NCBI RefSeq assembly: GCF_030684315.1
Contig: NC_081383.1
Span: 33,048,180-33,112,179, forward strand
Source: Stegostoma tigrinum
Lineage: Eukaryota
Length of the DNA stretch: 64,000 nt
Direction: 5' to 3'
Position numbers and translations under genes: made by a program. A model generated the notes under the pieces. It was not told the origin of the DNA. It was given only the letters and a program-made list of their open reading frames with translations, and did not search any database. Positions 38,132 through 50,500 of the stretch are shown in pieces; within the stretch, counting starts at the first letter, position 1; the number at the start of each line of letters is the position of its first letter.

Positions 38132-39767
38132 CTTATTGGTTTATAAACTTCTAAAAGGTCACTCTCAGCAACCAGGGAAAATACCCTCAGCCTATTCAGT
38201 ATCTCTCTAAAGCTCAAACCCTCTAAACCCAGTAACATCCCTGTAAATCTTTCCTGAACCCTTTCAAGTTTAACACATCCTTCCTACAGCAGGGAGAACA
38301 GATTTGAATGCAATACTCCAAAAGTGGCCTAACCAGTGCCCCGTACAGCCATAATATGACATTCCAACTCCTACACTCAATGCACTGACCAATAAAAGCA
38401 AATGTACCAAATGTCTTCTTCATTATCCTGTCTATCTCTGACTCCACCTTCAAGGAACTATAATCCTGCACCCCAAGGTCTCTTTGTTTAGCTACACTCC
38501 CCAGTGCCCTTTATTAACTATATAAGTCCTGCCCTGGTTTGCCTTATCAAATTGCAACTCTTCACATTTATCTAAATTAAACACCATCTGTCACTCCTCG
38601 GCCCATTGGCCCATCTAATCAAGATCCAGTTGTAGTCTGAGGCCACCTTCTTCATTGATGACTATATCTCTAATTTTGATGTAATCTGCAAACTTACTAA
38701 CCATTCCTCCTAGATTCACTTCCAAATCAAAGTGATAAAAAGTAGTGGTCTCATCACCTATCCCTTTGGCACACTGCTGATTATAGGCTTCCAGACCGAA
38801 AAACAACCCTCCACCACCACCCTCTGCCTCCTACCTTCAAGCCAATTTTGTATCCAAATGGCAAGCTCTTCCTAGATTCCATTTGATCTAAACTCGCTAA
38901 CCAGTCAACCGTGTGGAACCTTGTTGAATTCCTTGTTGAAGTCCATATAGACAATGTCTACTGTTCTACCTTCATCAATCTTCTTTGTCACTTCTTCAAA
39001 AAACTGAGTCAATTAGGTGAGACGCAATTTCCTACCGATGGAGATTTTAAAATGCGGCCACTGGGTGCTTTCCCCTCAATACGTTCTCCCTCAGCATAGA
39101 AATGATTCCGTTTCTAACCAGTAATGCCACTCCATTCCCACTGCTGCTTTCTCCATCTCTCCTGCAAACCTTACGACCGTGTAGGCGACAATATGTACTG
39201 TCAGGATCTTTAAATTTCAGAAAATGGCAAATAACTGCTGTGGAAAAAGGGCCATTGATTTTCTTCCCCTTACAGTTGTGCATCATCTAAAGAACTGTCC
39301 GAATGGGAGCACCCATCTACCTTTGCAAGGAAGATCCAGCCAGTGTCTCACCTATGGAGTTCCCCCCTTTCATAAGAATGCAGTCCATGGCTACTAAGGA
39401 GTAAAAACTCCCATAGCATTTCAGCGTTCTGATCCGTATACGTAAGACATGATAACCACTCTGTGCGTAGCCACCTACCATAAACAGTTATATGATAGTG
39501 ACCAGACAATCTGTGTTTCTGGTGATATTAACCCAATCACTCTCCCACTGGTCTGCTTTGAAATAGTATCCATCTGAGACGGGGGGACAGGGTGTTGGTT
39601 TAACCCCACGGCCAAGTGAGCCCACCTCTGTCAGAAGAGCACTGTATTAGTATTGCACTGGTGCATCAACGTTCATCCGTACCCTTCTTCAAATCTGGAG
39701 GGTTGTGTATCCAGGTCTTCAGTGTTCCCAAACAAACCAAACTACTACGAATGCTTCGAAATGAGAA

Positions 39768-40410
39768 CCAAAAATAGAAATTGCTGGAAAACGCAGCCGG
39801 TCTGGCAGCATCTGTGGAGAGAAAGCAGAGTTAATGTTTTGACCCTTCTTCAGAACTGATTGTAGCTCGGCAAGATTGGTATGTGGCTGAAGAAGGCTGG
39901 GGAGGGGGGATGGAGGAAACAATGGGAAGAAATAGAGCGCAGAGAGAGAGAAATACGGTTGGGCAGCCAAAAGAATGGGTAAAAAAGTCAGACAATATTT
40001 TGTTTTCCACTTGGGAACCTTCTGATCTCAATTTTGAGTTCAATAATTGTAGGGCCTGAATATTTTCTCACATCTCCTTATCCCATACCCCACACACCGG
40101 GCCCTGCTACCACAAACAATCCATCGATAGCTACGAACAGTCCCCAGTAGCAGCTACTCATTCTCCCAAGCTGCCCCTTTACCCATTCCTTTGTCAGCCC
40201 AACTATTTTCTTTCTCTCTGGGTTCTATTCCCCCTCCCCATCATTTACCTCTTCTCCCTCCAACCACCCCTTGTTCTGCAAAAAAAGAACTTTTTCTTAA
40301 CTAAAATCAGTTTTGAAGAAGGATCACTGGACTCAAAATGTTAACTCTGCTTTGTCTCCATAGATGCTGCAAATCTGTCGTGATTCTCTGTCAACTTCTG
40401 TTTCTGTTTT
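39768..40410. mobile_element. Decayed Penelope-like insert with inverted pseudo-LTR termini
   Basis: 39768-39860 is the reverse complement of 40305-40410; FHLGT remnant near 40000. Confidence 0.7.
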
Positions 40411-42209
40411 CTGTGTTCCCCTTGGATGGGTTAACTTCACCATGATGAGTGTTTGGCACTAGAGTTATTTTTACAACTCAGAGCTCTATTCTCAATGAAA
40501 ATTTATATTGACAGTTTTCTTAATGTTAGTCCTGTGTTATATTGTATCATTCCTTGCAATGATTAATGGGTCACCAAAGGATTGGATTTGTTGTTCCACC
40601 CTTCTATTTCAATCAGAAACTCACTGAAGCTCTATCAGTTCTGAGAGAAACAAATATTCTATTAACATTAAGGCCAAAGCTACACTTGAACATCTTCATA
40701 CAAGACTGATAGAATGGTGAATCAATCTAATGAAGTACGATGAAACAAAATTGTAAACGTGAAATAATTCACCTGTTCTGGAAACAGGATACAGAAACAA
40801 AAACATGAATTGTAGAAACGATGAACCTCAGCTGTGAATGATTAAAGGATTAACACACAGGGCAGAGACATTTAATTGTGGATGTCTTCCTGAGGATAAG
40901 GACAGGGTAATACAACCATAGGCTTAGCACAAAACAGTTTATACAATTCCCATGCTCAGGATCGAAGAGGCATGCATTAAACTATTATTGTAATTTCCCA
41001 AAGCGCAATGTAAATGCCAAGCTTAATTTATGAAGCTCACGTCGCTCTTGTTGCCAGACCTGGCTGTGATCCCTATTGATGGATAAACAGAAATTAGGTG
41101 TGCAAATCGGGTTAGTTACGGATATTTTAACCTAAGGCACCAAGGTCATCCCATGTCAATTGTTGCACGCTTTCATAAGCACGTAGGTTAAATAGATTAG
41201 CACCAAATGTCTCAACATGAAGAGTTAACCTATTTCTCCTTCCCCAGTCAACCTACTGCCCATTTCCAACCATTTCTGCTTCAGAGATTCGAGCACTGTT
41301 GAAACAAGATCCTGATACTCAAGCACATAGAAAAGATGCAGTAAACTGTGTCACGCCCTTTTAGGCTGAAGTGGGGTTGATGCCTAAAATAGTGATTGGA
41401 TTCTCAGATGTGGAAAATAAAGGCAAGATTGTTGTGTTCTGACGGAGGGACACCGGACTCAAAACATTAAACACAATCGTCTCTTACAGCTGATGCCAGA
41501 TCTTTTGGGTTTCTCCAACACTTGTGTTTTTGTACAAAATGGGGAACATTCCTTAACAGCTAGTAGTCTTCTATGCTGAAGATTTGTAGAGATAATGGGA
41601 GACACTGTGCACACCCAGGAGTATTATGGCACATTTTCAATGAGAGTTGATTGTAACATCCCAAGTGAAAGGAATTTTAAAGAGATTAATTGAATAGAAA
41701 ATGAATGTTGGAGACATTGAATGAATGGGAGAAATGTTGGAGTGGGCAGCAACTGGGAAATTCTGAATGTAAAATCTGACTTGTTCTTTGATTGGATCTG
41801 TACTTTACACCATTCTATGAGAAAAAGTATGAACTGCAAGAACAAAACCCCACCAACAAATTGATTTGCTATAGTAAAAAGTTACGAAAGGAAATTTTCT
41901 ACTTTGGTTACCTAGGAAACATTAGGAGCACAGTTGGATCTGGGTGCTCCGTTGATATAGCACCAAAGCGGGACATTTTCTCTATATTGGATATGTTGGA
42001 GTTAGGACTGATTTCCTTGGAGAAATAATTCACGGAAGTTATATGAAAGAAAGCTTTATCTTTCAGTGAGTGACGAAGGTTTGGAATGCACTGCTGGAGG
42101 AAATGATGGAAACAGATTCAAGTGAAGCATTTGAAATAAAATTGGGCCATTGCCTAAAAAAGGAAGAGCATGTAGGGTTACAGGAAGGAGGTTGCAAAAT
42201 GAATGCAAA

Positions 42210-42413
42210 TTAAAAACCAAAAGAACTGTGGATGCTGCAAATCAAGAACAAAAACAAAAGCTGCTGGAAAAGCTCAGGAGGTCTGGCAGTATCTGTGAAG
42301 AAAAAAAAATCAGAGTTGACGTTTCATGTCCAGTGACCCTTCCACAGACCCAAAACGTTAACTCTGATTTTGATGGTGCCAAACCTGCCGAGCTTTTCCA
42401 GCAACTTCTGTTT
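42210..42413. mobile_element. Palindromic mini element made of Penelope pseudo-LTR sequence
   Basis: Inverted arms; 18-nt direct repeat ttgcaaaatgaatgcaaa at 42192-42209 and 42414-42431. Confidence 0.8.
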
Positions 42414-43617
42414 TTGCAAAATGAATGCAAACTGGTCATTCGGAGAGTTGGAACAAAAATGGTGTGCTGAGTGGCCTCCATCTGCATTATATAAATTTTG
42501 TAGTCCTGTGCTATGTTTGACATTCCATCATTGGATACACTGACATAGCTCTCACACCAATATTCTGTATGTATTTATTGGAACACTCTGATTTCGCTGT
42601 AATTATTGAATGTTGCTAAATGCACCAAATGATACACAAGGTACTAATCATTGTTTTTTTGTTTTCAACAGGTTTATGTATCCTCCAATTTCTCTTTTAG
42701 TATGATAAGGTGATGGATTTTGACTTTACAACATAAAAAGTGAAATGTCAGAACAAATTGCAACTGGATCCAAGAACTCAAACTCATTCATTGAAGGTTA
42801 ACCTGGGGGTGATTACTTCTCATTTTTAAAAGTCTACTTCATGGGATGTGGGTACCACAGGTATTTATAGCCCATCCTTATTGCCTTGAACTGAAAGGCT
42901 TGCTAGACCATCCCTGAGAGCAGGTAAGAATTAATCACATTGCTGCGTGTCTGGAGTCATGTAAAGGCCAGACCAGAAAATGATGGACAATTTCCTTCCT
43001 TACAAGGCATTAATGAGCCAGTTACATTTTTGCAGCAATTGATGATAATGCCATGGTTATCCAACTTTGAGCACCATATTTTTTAAATCAGTTATGTCAT
43101 GGCTCATGGGAGTAATGCACCGGAAATCAAGTGATGCTATTCCAGGAATTGTCACAGCAGTTAAAGATTTTAAAAGATATACAAAATCCCTCAATTTACC
43201 TGACTTTCAGATGGACCAGGTTTCTATACTGAGAATAATTATTATTTATTGCAAGTAATTAGACTGTCACTACAGACAAACAATTAAAAGCTGTTGGCAT
43301 ATTAAATACAAATTAAAGTACAAATCTCCTTATAAAATTCCCCTCACATGCACACAAACCCATAAACAGAATAGAAAAAAAAGATTATTTGCAGAGGGTA
43401 AAAACAGACAGACAGTTCAGTAGACTTCATGTCCAGCTTTTGTTTTAGAGATGATCTTTGTGATTCTTCTGCTGGCCAGCTTGTAGCTTCAGTTATCTTT
43501 CTCCAGATGCGTCCACTGGTTAGTATGAGGCACAAGGTGGTGGCTCCTTAATATGAAGTCTCTGACTTACTTGTTAAACTCATAGCTTCCAACCATAGTT
43601 GCAGGAGAGATATAAAA

Positions 43618-43913
43618 GGGGGAGGTTATGGCTTAGTGGTATTATTGCTACACTGTTAATCCAGAGACTCAGGCCTGAGTTCAATTCCTGCCACAGCAGA
43701 TGGTGGAAGTTGAAATCAATCAAATATCTGGGATTAAGAATCTAATGATGGCCATAAACTTATTGTCGATTGCTGGAAATACACATCAGGTTCACTCATG
43801 TCCTTTAAGGAAGGAAATATGCCATCCTTAACTGGTCAGCCATGTGTCTCCAGACCCTCTGGCAATAAATGCTGGCCCAGCCAACAATGCCCACAACCCC
43901 TGAATGAATGAAG
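43618..43913 (+). mobile_element. tRNA-derived SINE, family of 29362
   Basis: Colinear with 29362-29700. Confidence 0.82.
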
Positions 43914-44599
43914 GAAGTTGATTTTTTTCATGTTCACAGCGAGTTTTGACTGCAGAGAACAGAAGCTGTATTCTTGACCTGGTCAAGGACAGAAAACTTT
44001 TCTCTCTCTCCATAACTTAGCAGCTCCAAACTGTCAGTAATCTATGAATCAATGATATAATTGCTGGCAGGCGAACAATGTCACATTCATTGATAACTGG
44101 TCACTGGTCCATAGATCAATGAACTTCTTGTTGCCAGCAGAGGCTACATCTGTGTACCACTTGGCTTTAAATCATCGGCAACTCAACCTTCAATTATTGC
44201 TGGTTCAAGTGGTTGTCTGCATGACGCTTGGCAGGATGAGTATTTGTTACTTGCTTTCAAACCAGAAAAGCACCTTTTCAAACATCTGTTTAAAATAAAA
44301 CTCATGCTCATTTCAGGCCCCAAACACACAAGTAAGGGGGTTTTTACAGTTATGTATAAAATTCCTTAACAAATATTGTGATTTTTCCCTCATGCTGTAG
44401 TTATCAGCAGAGTCCAATAGATTTCAGACAACATTGTTTTCGGTAGGCACCAGAAAGTGGATATTTGCAATAACTGGTATTTCGAACGGGTAAGGAGGCG
44501 CAATCACTTCTGCCCTTTTCAACTTCCCCTCTGTCAGTTTCATTGATTTTGTTTCAACATGCAGCTATTACATTTCTACCAAAACTTAGCTGGGTATAC

Positions 44600-45015
44600 T
44601 GGAAATTCCTTTCCTGAAATGTAGGAGGTTAAGGGGTGACTTTATAGAGGCTTAAAAAATCCTGAGTGCATAGATAAAGTGAATAGAAAAGGCCTTTCCC
44701 CTAGAGTAGGGGATTTCAAAACTAGAGGACATAATTTTAAGGTGAGAGGGAAAGACTTTAAAGCGATCAGAGGGGTAATTTTTTCACACAGAGGGTAATT
44801 GGTATATGGAAGGAACTTCCAGAGGAAGCCGTAGAGGCAGGTATGGTTACAACATTTAAAAGACATTTGAACAGGTACATAGATAGTAAAGTTTAGAGAG
44901 ATATGATCCAGGTGCAGGCAAATGGGACTGGTTTAGTTTAGTTCAGGAAACTTAGTCAAAATGGATGAGTTGGATTGAAGGGACTGTTTCCATTCTACTT
45001 GACTGTATGAATCTA
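44600..45015 (+). mobile_element. CR1 3' fragment
   Basis: RRLRGDFIE..KI...TRGHNFKVRG and CR1 3' UTR. Confidence 0.8.
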
Positions 45016-45332
45016 TTTAGTTGTGATCTGTTTCTTCAGCTAAAGTGGAATTTTGGAGGTCTTTGCCAATAATTGTTTTTCCAAGTTGCTTTACAGTTGG
45101 CACTGACTACCAGGGTTCAAAGAAACAGGGACTGAGAGCAAGCCTTTTCTTCCTATGAATCCATAAATTTTTCGCTGGTCTGCCGAGCAAACTGTTGAAA
45201 TATGGTCTTTTCTTATATTCCCAAAACTAATTCCACACTCTTTGCAAGCTGAATACGCCATCGGCAACCTTTTATCTCTCATGATGTGAATGCATCGTAC
45301 AGGTGTGAATTAAACAAATGCAAATTTCATGA

Positions 45333-45522
45333 TGCTGACAGCAGGTGCAGTTACAACGTTTAAAATATATTTGAATACATTCATGAGTAGGAAAGATTTG
45401 GAGGGATGTGGACCGACCATAGGCAGATGGGACTAGTTATATTCTGGAATATGGTCGACATGGATTAGGTGGGACGAAGGGTCCGTTTCCATGCTGTATG
45501 ACTCTATGAGTTTATGACTGTA
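45333..45522 (+). mobile_element. CR1 3'-terminal fragment
   Basis: Same 3' UTR as 44600-45015, ending in tgactcta-type repeats. Confidence 0.7.
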
Positions 45523-46548
45523 TATCTGGTTTTATAGTCTTTGACTGAAATGGTAAATTCAATGCAGCCAGTTTAGTGCATTTTACATGAGTTCCCTGGG
45601 CTTGTTCCAAATTGTGGTCAGACGTTGTTCAAAATTGAGCCGTGGAATCTTTTCTATTCACTTTGTAAAGACAAATGGGGCTTCGGTTTGACACTTAATC
45701 AGACAGACAAACCAACACTGCAGGATTTTACTATTTCCTGGTTGCTTGTGTCTACAGATGCAAAAACACAGAAAATTCCAGGGTTAGAGTCCCTGAAATT
45801 TATAGACCTCTGAGCTGAGAATTGCCTCAGTTCTTGTGACATAGGAATCAAGCAAAGAGCTGTGGTCACTGGAGAATAGAAGCAAAAACAGAAACTGCTG
45901 GAGAAACTCAACAGTTCTGGCAACATCTGTGGGAGGAAGGAAAAGTTAATGCTTCAAGTCTGGTGATGCTTCATCAGACATAGGGTTGGCGAGGATTTTA
46001 CCCAGAAAAACAAGAACAATGTTGCGAAAGAAGATGTTTAGCACTAGGAAAACAGTGATCTTGGCAGCCCTGGTGCTGGTCCACAAACAATGAGCTGATG
46101 ATGCAGTCCTGGTGTAAAGATGCTTCTGGCGCCTGTGTCACTATGGGCTGCCAGTGATCACATCTTGCATACACAACTATTAGCTGAAAAATCTAACCTG
46201 CTGAAGGCAATGGAAATTGGATAATTGCCACAGATGCACTCCTGGGGTAAGAAGACACCCTGACAAAAATGCATTGCCAAGGATCCCCAAAAGAAAATCT
46301 TATTTCCTACAAAGAAATCAACAATCTGCCTCATGCAAATAAGATTTGCAACATCTCATTACCTTTCAGACTATGTTATTAAGATCATGTGGAGTATTTG
46401 CTTGGGATTTGTGTAACTGATGGTTGGAACTAACAGATGGACAAATATTTTAGATCAAAAGGAACAAAGATAATACTGGGTCTTCAGGGCCTGTGAACTA
46501 ATTGGTGGAATTTATGAGGCAATTAGTTCACTTTGCATCTTCTAAGGA

Positions 46549-46641
46549 TATATAAACCCCATTTCAAACCCCGCTACAGCACAACTTGGTTCCAAGTAGT
46601 TTCTGTCACTCAAGAAACAGAGGTGGCCTTGTAGGGTGAGT
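46549..46641 (+). promoter_or_regulatory. Candidate cathepsin TATA box and short non-coding exon 1 (about 46578-46635)
   Basis: TATATAAA at 46549-46556, then a strong donor GG|gtgagt at 46636; acceptors before the ATG exon at 47419 or 47466. Cathepsin L/S/K genes typically have a non-coding first exon. Confidence 0.6.
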
Positions 46642-47475
46642 AAAGTATATTTCTTCTGACATGATAAATGGCCTGATGTTAATGTGTAATTAATATATTG
46701 AATCAACATTGTGTGATTTAATAGTGTAGCATGGCAAAAGAGAGTTTGGCAGAATAACTTTATTGTAATTACGTTCTATGTAGGAAAGGAAATTAGATTG
46801 AAAAATCTTAAACATTGGCATCTAATGTATTGCAAATGGGTTAACGCTTCCAGAGACAGAGCAAACAGAGGAAAGTCACAGTATTTTCTAAAATGAGCAT
46901 CTTACCCAAATGCATTCAGCAAGAATCAGAGATTTGCAGGATCAATATATTACAGATTTTAATTAGTCAAATCTGAAGCTAAAGACGGCTCTCTTTTACT
47001 TCATGTCTATCTTCACAGCCCACACAAGACAAGGAAGTTTACGATGTCTGCCAACTGTGTTTCCAGGGTAATTAAAGTGGCTTGGAATGTAGGAATTAAA
47101 CACTATCAGGTGTATAATAGCCCTCCTCATCTCAATGAAAAATAGTTGGCAAATTTTCTCTTTATATTTGCGATTGAAACAATTTAAGACGAAATCAAAC
47201 ACCTTTCTCCTGCTGTGTTATTATCCCTTTGCAGGCACAAGGCAGTTGATCTGCTCTCAGCTCTTCTACCTTTACTTCTGTGACTCCTTTTAGAAAATGT
47301 AGAAGGGGAGGTGATCATTCACCCTATGCTTGTGCCGGTCATCTTAATAATGAGGGTAGTACTGTAGGATTATGGACTTACATTACCTCTCCATGTCTTT
47401 CCTATTGTGTTGGCCACAGCTTCTCACCGAAGACATTAGTCCAGTGACAGGGCTTGACGTATTCAGCACTTCACC

Positions 47476-47598
47476 ATGATAATTTCCCTCTTTGTGATGT
47501 GGATCCTGAGTGTTATGTCCATGGCCTTGTCAAACTCGATCGTTGATGAGCAATGGAAAATTTGGAAGCAGGCATATGGAAAAAGCTACCGTGATGTG
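47476..47598 (+). CDS. Cathepsin first coding exon (signal peptide and start of propeptide)
   Basis: caccATG; [41 protein letters not shown]|gtaaga. Confidence 0.9.
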
Positions 47599-50500
47599 GT
47601 AAGAAATGTAGGCTGACACCCTAGGAGAGGGTTTAGGGGACATGACACTGTTTTGAAGAGGGCAGATTGAACTGTAACCCCACCTGTTTGTTAATGTTGC
47701 TCAGTCGGAACCAAAGAGCAGAGTTTCCACAAAGCGTCCTTCTGTGGTGACGCAGATATTTAATATCAGCCAATAACTTGGCAACTATTGGGCACTTCTT
47801 CCAAATTTATTAAACACAAATAATGATGTGTTTCTCTCGTTTCCCCCAAAGTAATATTGGAAAGATCAAAGCCGTTATCATTAATTCCATATTGAAAGGC
47901 CTGTTGTCTAGTTACCAATTACATTCTAGTTGTGTGGGGCAAGTGGACAGCTTATACCTCTGGAGAAATATTTCATCTCTAGATCCACTTCTGACCAGGT
48001 ATCTTCCCATGATTTCAGTCCTAAAACTGCCTATTTCCACCTCCCTGAAATCACTTGACTCTTCCTCGCCCTCACTGCATCTGCTGCTGAAATCCTCAAT
48101 CATAACTGTGTTACCTCAGGGCTTCACTGTATGCTTTCTTGCCAGCCTCTCGCATTTTATTGCCTATAAACTGTGGTTTATCAAAAATACTGCTGCTCAT
48201 GTCCTAACGTGTACTAGATTCCGGTCACCCACTGCTTCAATGCGTAAGGAACTATTTTGGCAATGCTTCAATTTTAAAGTTTTCACCCTTACTTTCAAAT
48301 CAATTCATGCATGGTCTTTCCCTATCTCTGTAGTCCCCATCAACTCCACACTGCCCTGAGAAATCTGCACTTATTCAGTTCTGGACTGTTGCACATTCCC
48401 AGTTTCAATTGATCCACTGTTAATGGCCATTTCTGAGCTTTAGAATTCCCTCCCTAAACTTTTGTCATTCCACCTCTCTTTTCTCCTTTTAAGATGTCCC
48501 TTACAACTTGGCCCTTTGACCTGGCTTGTGCTCCAATATTACTAAATGTTTCTCACTTTCAAAGATTGCCTTACAACACTCCTGTATTGTACGTTGGAAT
48601 AATATATAATGTTAAAGCAATTATTTGAATAGAAGTCATTGGTTCTTGTATTGGTCGAGAAGCAATAATTCTGGTATAGCAAATTTGACTGCCTTTGCAC
48701 TTCTCAAAAACCTACATTTAAACTTTACCAGGCAGTGTAAGGAAAATGGGGCTGTAATCTACAACAATGCAGCAGAGGAGGGCAGGAATGGGCATTCTGG
48801 GAACATCCTTGCTTTTATTTCTGTGGCTTAAAGTTCAAGGGAGCTCTGTTAGCTTTTGTGCGTGTGGTAAGCTCTCACACCACTACAGTGCATTTACATT
48901 GCCTGTTTATCTAACTCATAGAATCCCTACAGTTTGGAAACAGGCCATTTGAGTCCAACACCCTCTGAAGCGCATCTCACCCTATAACCCTACATTTCCT
49001 CATGGCTAACCCACCTAGCCTGTGTACTCCTGGACACTATGGCAATTTAGCATGGCCAATGCACCTAAACTACACATCTTTGGGCTATGGGAGGAACACC
49101 TTGCAGACACTGGGAGAACATATAAACTAGATGCAGACAGTTGCCTGATGTTGGGATTAAGCCCAGGTTCCTGGTATTATGAGGTAGCTGTGTTAACCAC
49201 TGACCCACCATGCTCCCATTAACTCCTGTAACTTCTTGGCTCATTGTTTGAATCCCATATTAAAATGAGCCAGGGCTGTTGTCTTACTGCCCTGTGGGTT
49301 ATAATCCTTTTTCCCAAAACCATGGCTTAAAACTTATTTGGTTTCCTCTTCTTTGCTCCTGATAGCTTGATGCCAGTTTTCGCTACTGTGGCTGACATCA
49401 AATATTGTCACGTCCCATTTGAACATTTAGCTGCCTTCACTCATTTGAAGAAACATCATGTGGAGATGCCAGTGTTGGACTGGAATGCGCAAAGTCAGAA
49501 ATCACATGACACCAGGTTGTAGTCCAACAAATTTATTTGAAATCGCAAACTTTCAAGTGCTGCTCCTTCATCAGGTGAAGCAGGTCACCTATCAAAGGAG
49601 CAGTGCTCCGAAAGCTTATGATTTCAAATAAATCTATTGGACTATAACCTGGTTTATTGTGAATTCTGACCTCGAAGAAACATGCCATTTACAGCTCCAC
49701 TAACTTCGTTACATGTTGTGCAATTGCTGATCTGTACATTGTATTACAGTAGCTCATTGTTTTTACAGGAAGAAGATCGAGCCAGGAGAGAAATTTGGCT
49801 GGAAAACTTGGAGAAGATTGCAGCTCACAATGCTCAATATCATCAAGGAAATTCCACTTATGAAATGGCCATGAATGAATTTGGAGACTTGGTGAGTGAG
49901 AAAAATTGTACAGTACCACACTTGCTGGTTTGGTACTATGGGTGATGAAGTATCAGTTGAGCCCAACTAAGCAAGCCTGATTTCCTGGGACAAGAATACA
50001 TCAGCTAGAATTATTGTTATCTCTGCTGGACGAGTTCTTATTTCCAACTATATAGCTAACGTACTGGGAGAAAAACATTGCCATGATTCTAACAGCACTA
50101 CATAGATGTTCAATGAGAGAGCCCATCAGAAAAACATAGACTAGGTAATGAACATGGCATCATCAACAATGCTCATATCTGAGAATAAATTTAACTTTTA
50201 ACTTAATTCCATTATTTTCCAGTTTAAATTAAGAAAGGCTTTAATGTTAACTATAACCTTATTTCTTTATTTTTCTATTTATTCTACAAAGGTAATGTGT
50301 AACTTTTTAACTCTGTTTCTCTTACTACTTTGTACCTAATTTTTGTAGCTCGGTACCTTTGTACTTAAGATGGTGCCTTGTGTGGAGACGTAATACACTT
50401 TTCACTGTCCTCCTGTACTTCTGCACTTAAGCACATGTGACACTAAAATCTTATTGTAAATGTAAATACAAATCTAAAATAAATTTCAGAAAAGGAAGAT

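Larger units (their letters stand above)
33005..39150 (-). mobile_element. Stack of CR1 fragments with nested Penelope and SINE insertions
   Basis: ORFs 33200..33421, 36214..36498 (KSLGPDGFH), 37225..37503 (EDFN), 38223..38471 (LVRPLLEYC), 38615..38806 (KFADYIKI). Confidence 0.8.
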
